From the NCBI GenBank assembly GCA_963716745.1, contig OY970320.1:1376001-1440000 (forward strand): 64,000 bases of DNA, given 5' to 3'. This stretch comes from an uncultured Gemmatimonadaceae bacterium (lineage in GTDB: Bacteria; Gemmatimonadota; Gemmatimonadetes; Gemmatimonadales; Gemmatimonadaceae). The position numbers and the translations under genes are program-made. This document shows, piece by piece, positions 63,299 to 64,000 of the stretch. Each line of letters opens with the position of its first letter. The stretch's first letter is position 1. The notes beneath the pieces were generated by a model that had not been told where the DNA came from, made no database searches, and saw only the letters and a list, made by a program, of their open reading frames with translations.

Positions 63299-64000
63299 CT
63301 ACAGAATGTACTTCCGCAGGTCCTCGTCCTCAGCGATCCGCTTGAGCCGGTCGCGTACCATCGCGGCGTCCACGGTGATCGGCTGCTTGCCGCGGTCGGG
63401 GAGTTCGTAGAGCACATCCTCGAGCAGGGTGGACATCACGGTATGCAACCGCCGCGCACCGATGTTCTCCATGCGGTCGTTCACCTGCGCGGCGATCCGC
63501 GCGACCTCGGCGATGCCGTCGGGTGTGAACGACAGCTTCGCGCCCTCGGATTCCACGAGTGCGGCGTATTGCCGCGTGAGCGCGTTCTCCGGCTCGGTCA
63601 TGATGCGCACGAAGTCGGCTTCGGTGAGGTGCGTGAGCTCCACGCGGATCGGGAAGCGCCCCTGCAGCTCCGGGATCAAGTCGCTGGGCTTCGACACATG
63701 GAACGCGCCGGCCGCGATGAACAGCACGTGGTCGGTCTTCACCATGCCGTACTTCGTTTGCACATTCGAGCCTTCCACGATCGGCAGTAGATCGCGCTGC
63801 ACACCTTCGCGCGACACGTCGGGGCCGCCGCTGGCGGCACGCTCGCCGGCGATCTTGTCGATCTCGTCGAGGAAGATGATGCCCATCTTCTCCACGCGCT
63901 CGAGCGCGTCGGTGGTGACGTCCTCGCTGTCGATGAGCTTCTCGAGTTCCTGGTCCATGAGAATGCGGCGCGCCTCGGCCACCTTCACGGTGCGCTTCTT
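63299..64000 (-). CDS. hslU: ATP-dependent protease ATPase subunit, 3' part (runs off window end)
   Basis: [47 protein letters not shown]. Confidence 0.97.
   Translation of the reverse strand, partial: KKRTVKVAEARRILMDQELEKLIDSEDVTTDALERVEKMGIIFLDEIDKIAGERAASGGPDVSREGVQRDLLPIVEGSNVQTKYGMVKTDHVLFIAAGAFHVSKPSDLIPELQGRFPIRVELTHLTEADFVRIMTEPENALTRQYAALVESEGAKLSFTPDGIAEVARIAAQVNDRMENIGARRLHTVMSTLLEDVLYELPDRGKQPITVDAAMVRDRLKRIAEDEDLRKYIL

Overview
GC-rich bacterial chromosome segment. Gene content and style suggest Gemmatimonadota (inference, not verified). Most of it is housekeeping: guaB (partial), a cell-wall remodelling cluster, gpmI, queD-mobA-mobB-moeA, acyl-CoA dehydrogenase-etfBA-Fe-S oxidoreductase, isocitrate dehydrogenase, cstA, the Fo/delta half of the ATP synthase operon, dut, gcvT, a type IV minor-pilin cluster, argF and hslU (partial). 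About a dozen genes carry single-base frameshifts, most likely long-read indel errors. The main non-obvious signals are: (1) a candidate peptide-signalling module at 44.8-50.5 kb, where an unannotated 28-aa ORF with a strong RBS (MMHLLKAWAKLAKFIKGIPTSFDTQQWQ) lies between a conserved-looking hypothetical gene and a multi-TM HD-GYP phosphodiesterase, convergent on a BTAD-NTPase-TPR regulator, in a low-GC patch; (2) a c-di-GMP-I (GEMM) riboswitch whose P1 helix would hide the Shine-Dalgarno of an M15 peptidoglycan peptidase; (3) an active plus catalytically dead L,D-transpeptidase pair; (4) a triplicated unknown membrane domain; (5) long 9-nt-periodic and 7-nt-periodic palindromic or tandem repeats in intergenic DNA; (6) two tandem large PilX-like paralogues downstream of a sigma54/IHF-type promoter. 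No CRISPR array, rRNA, tRNA or transposase was recognised.
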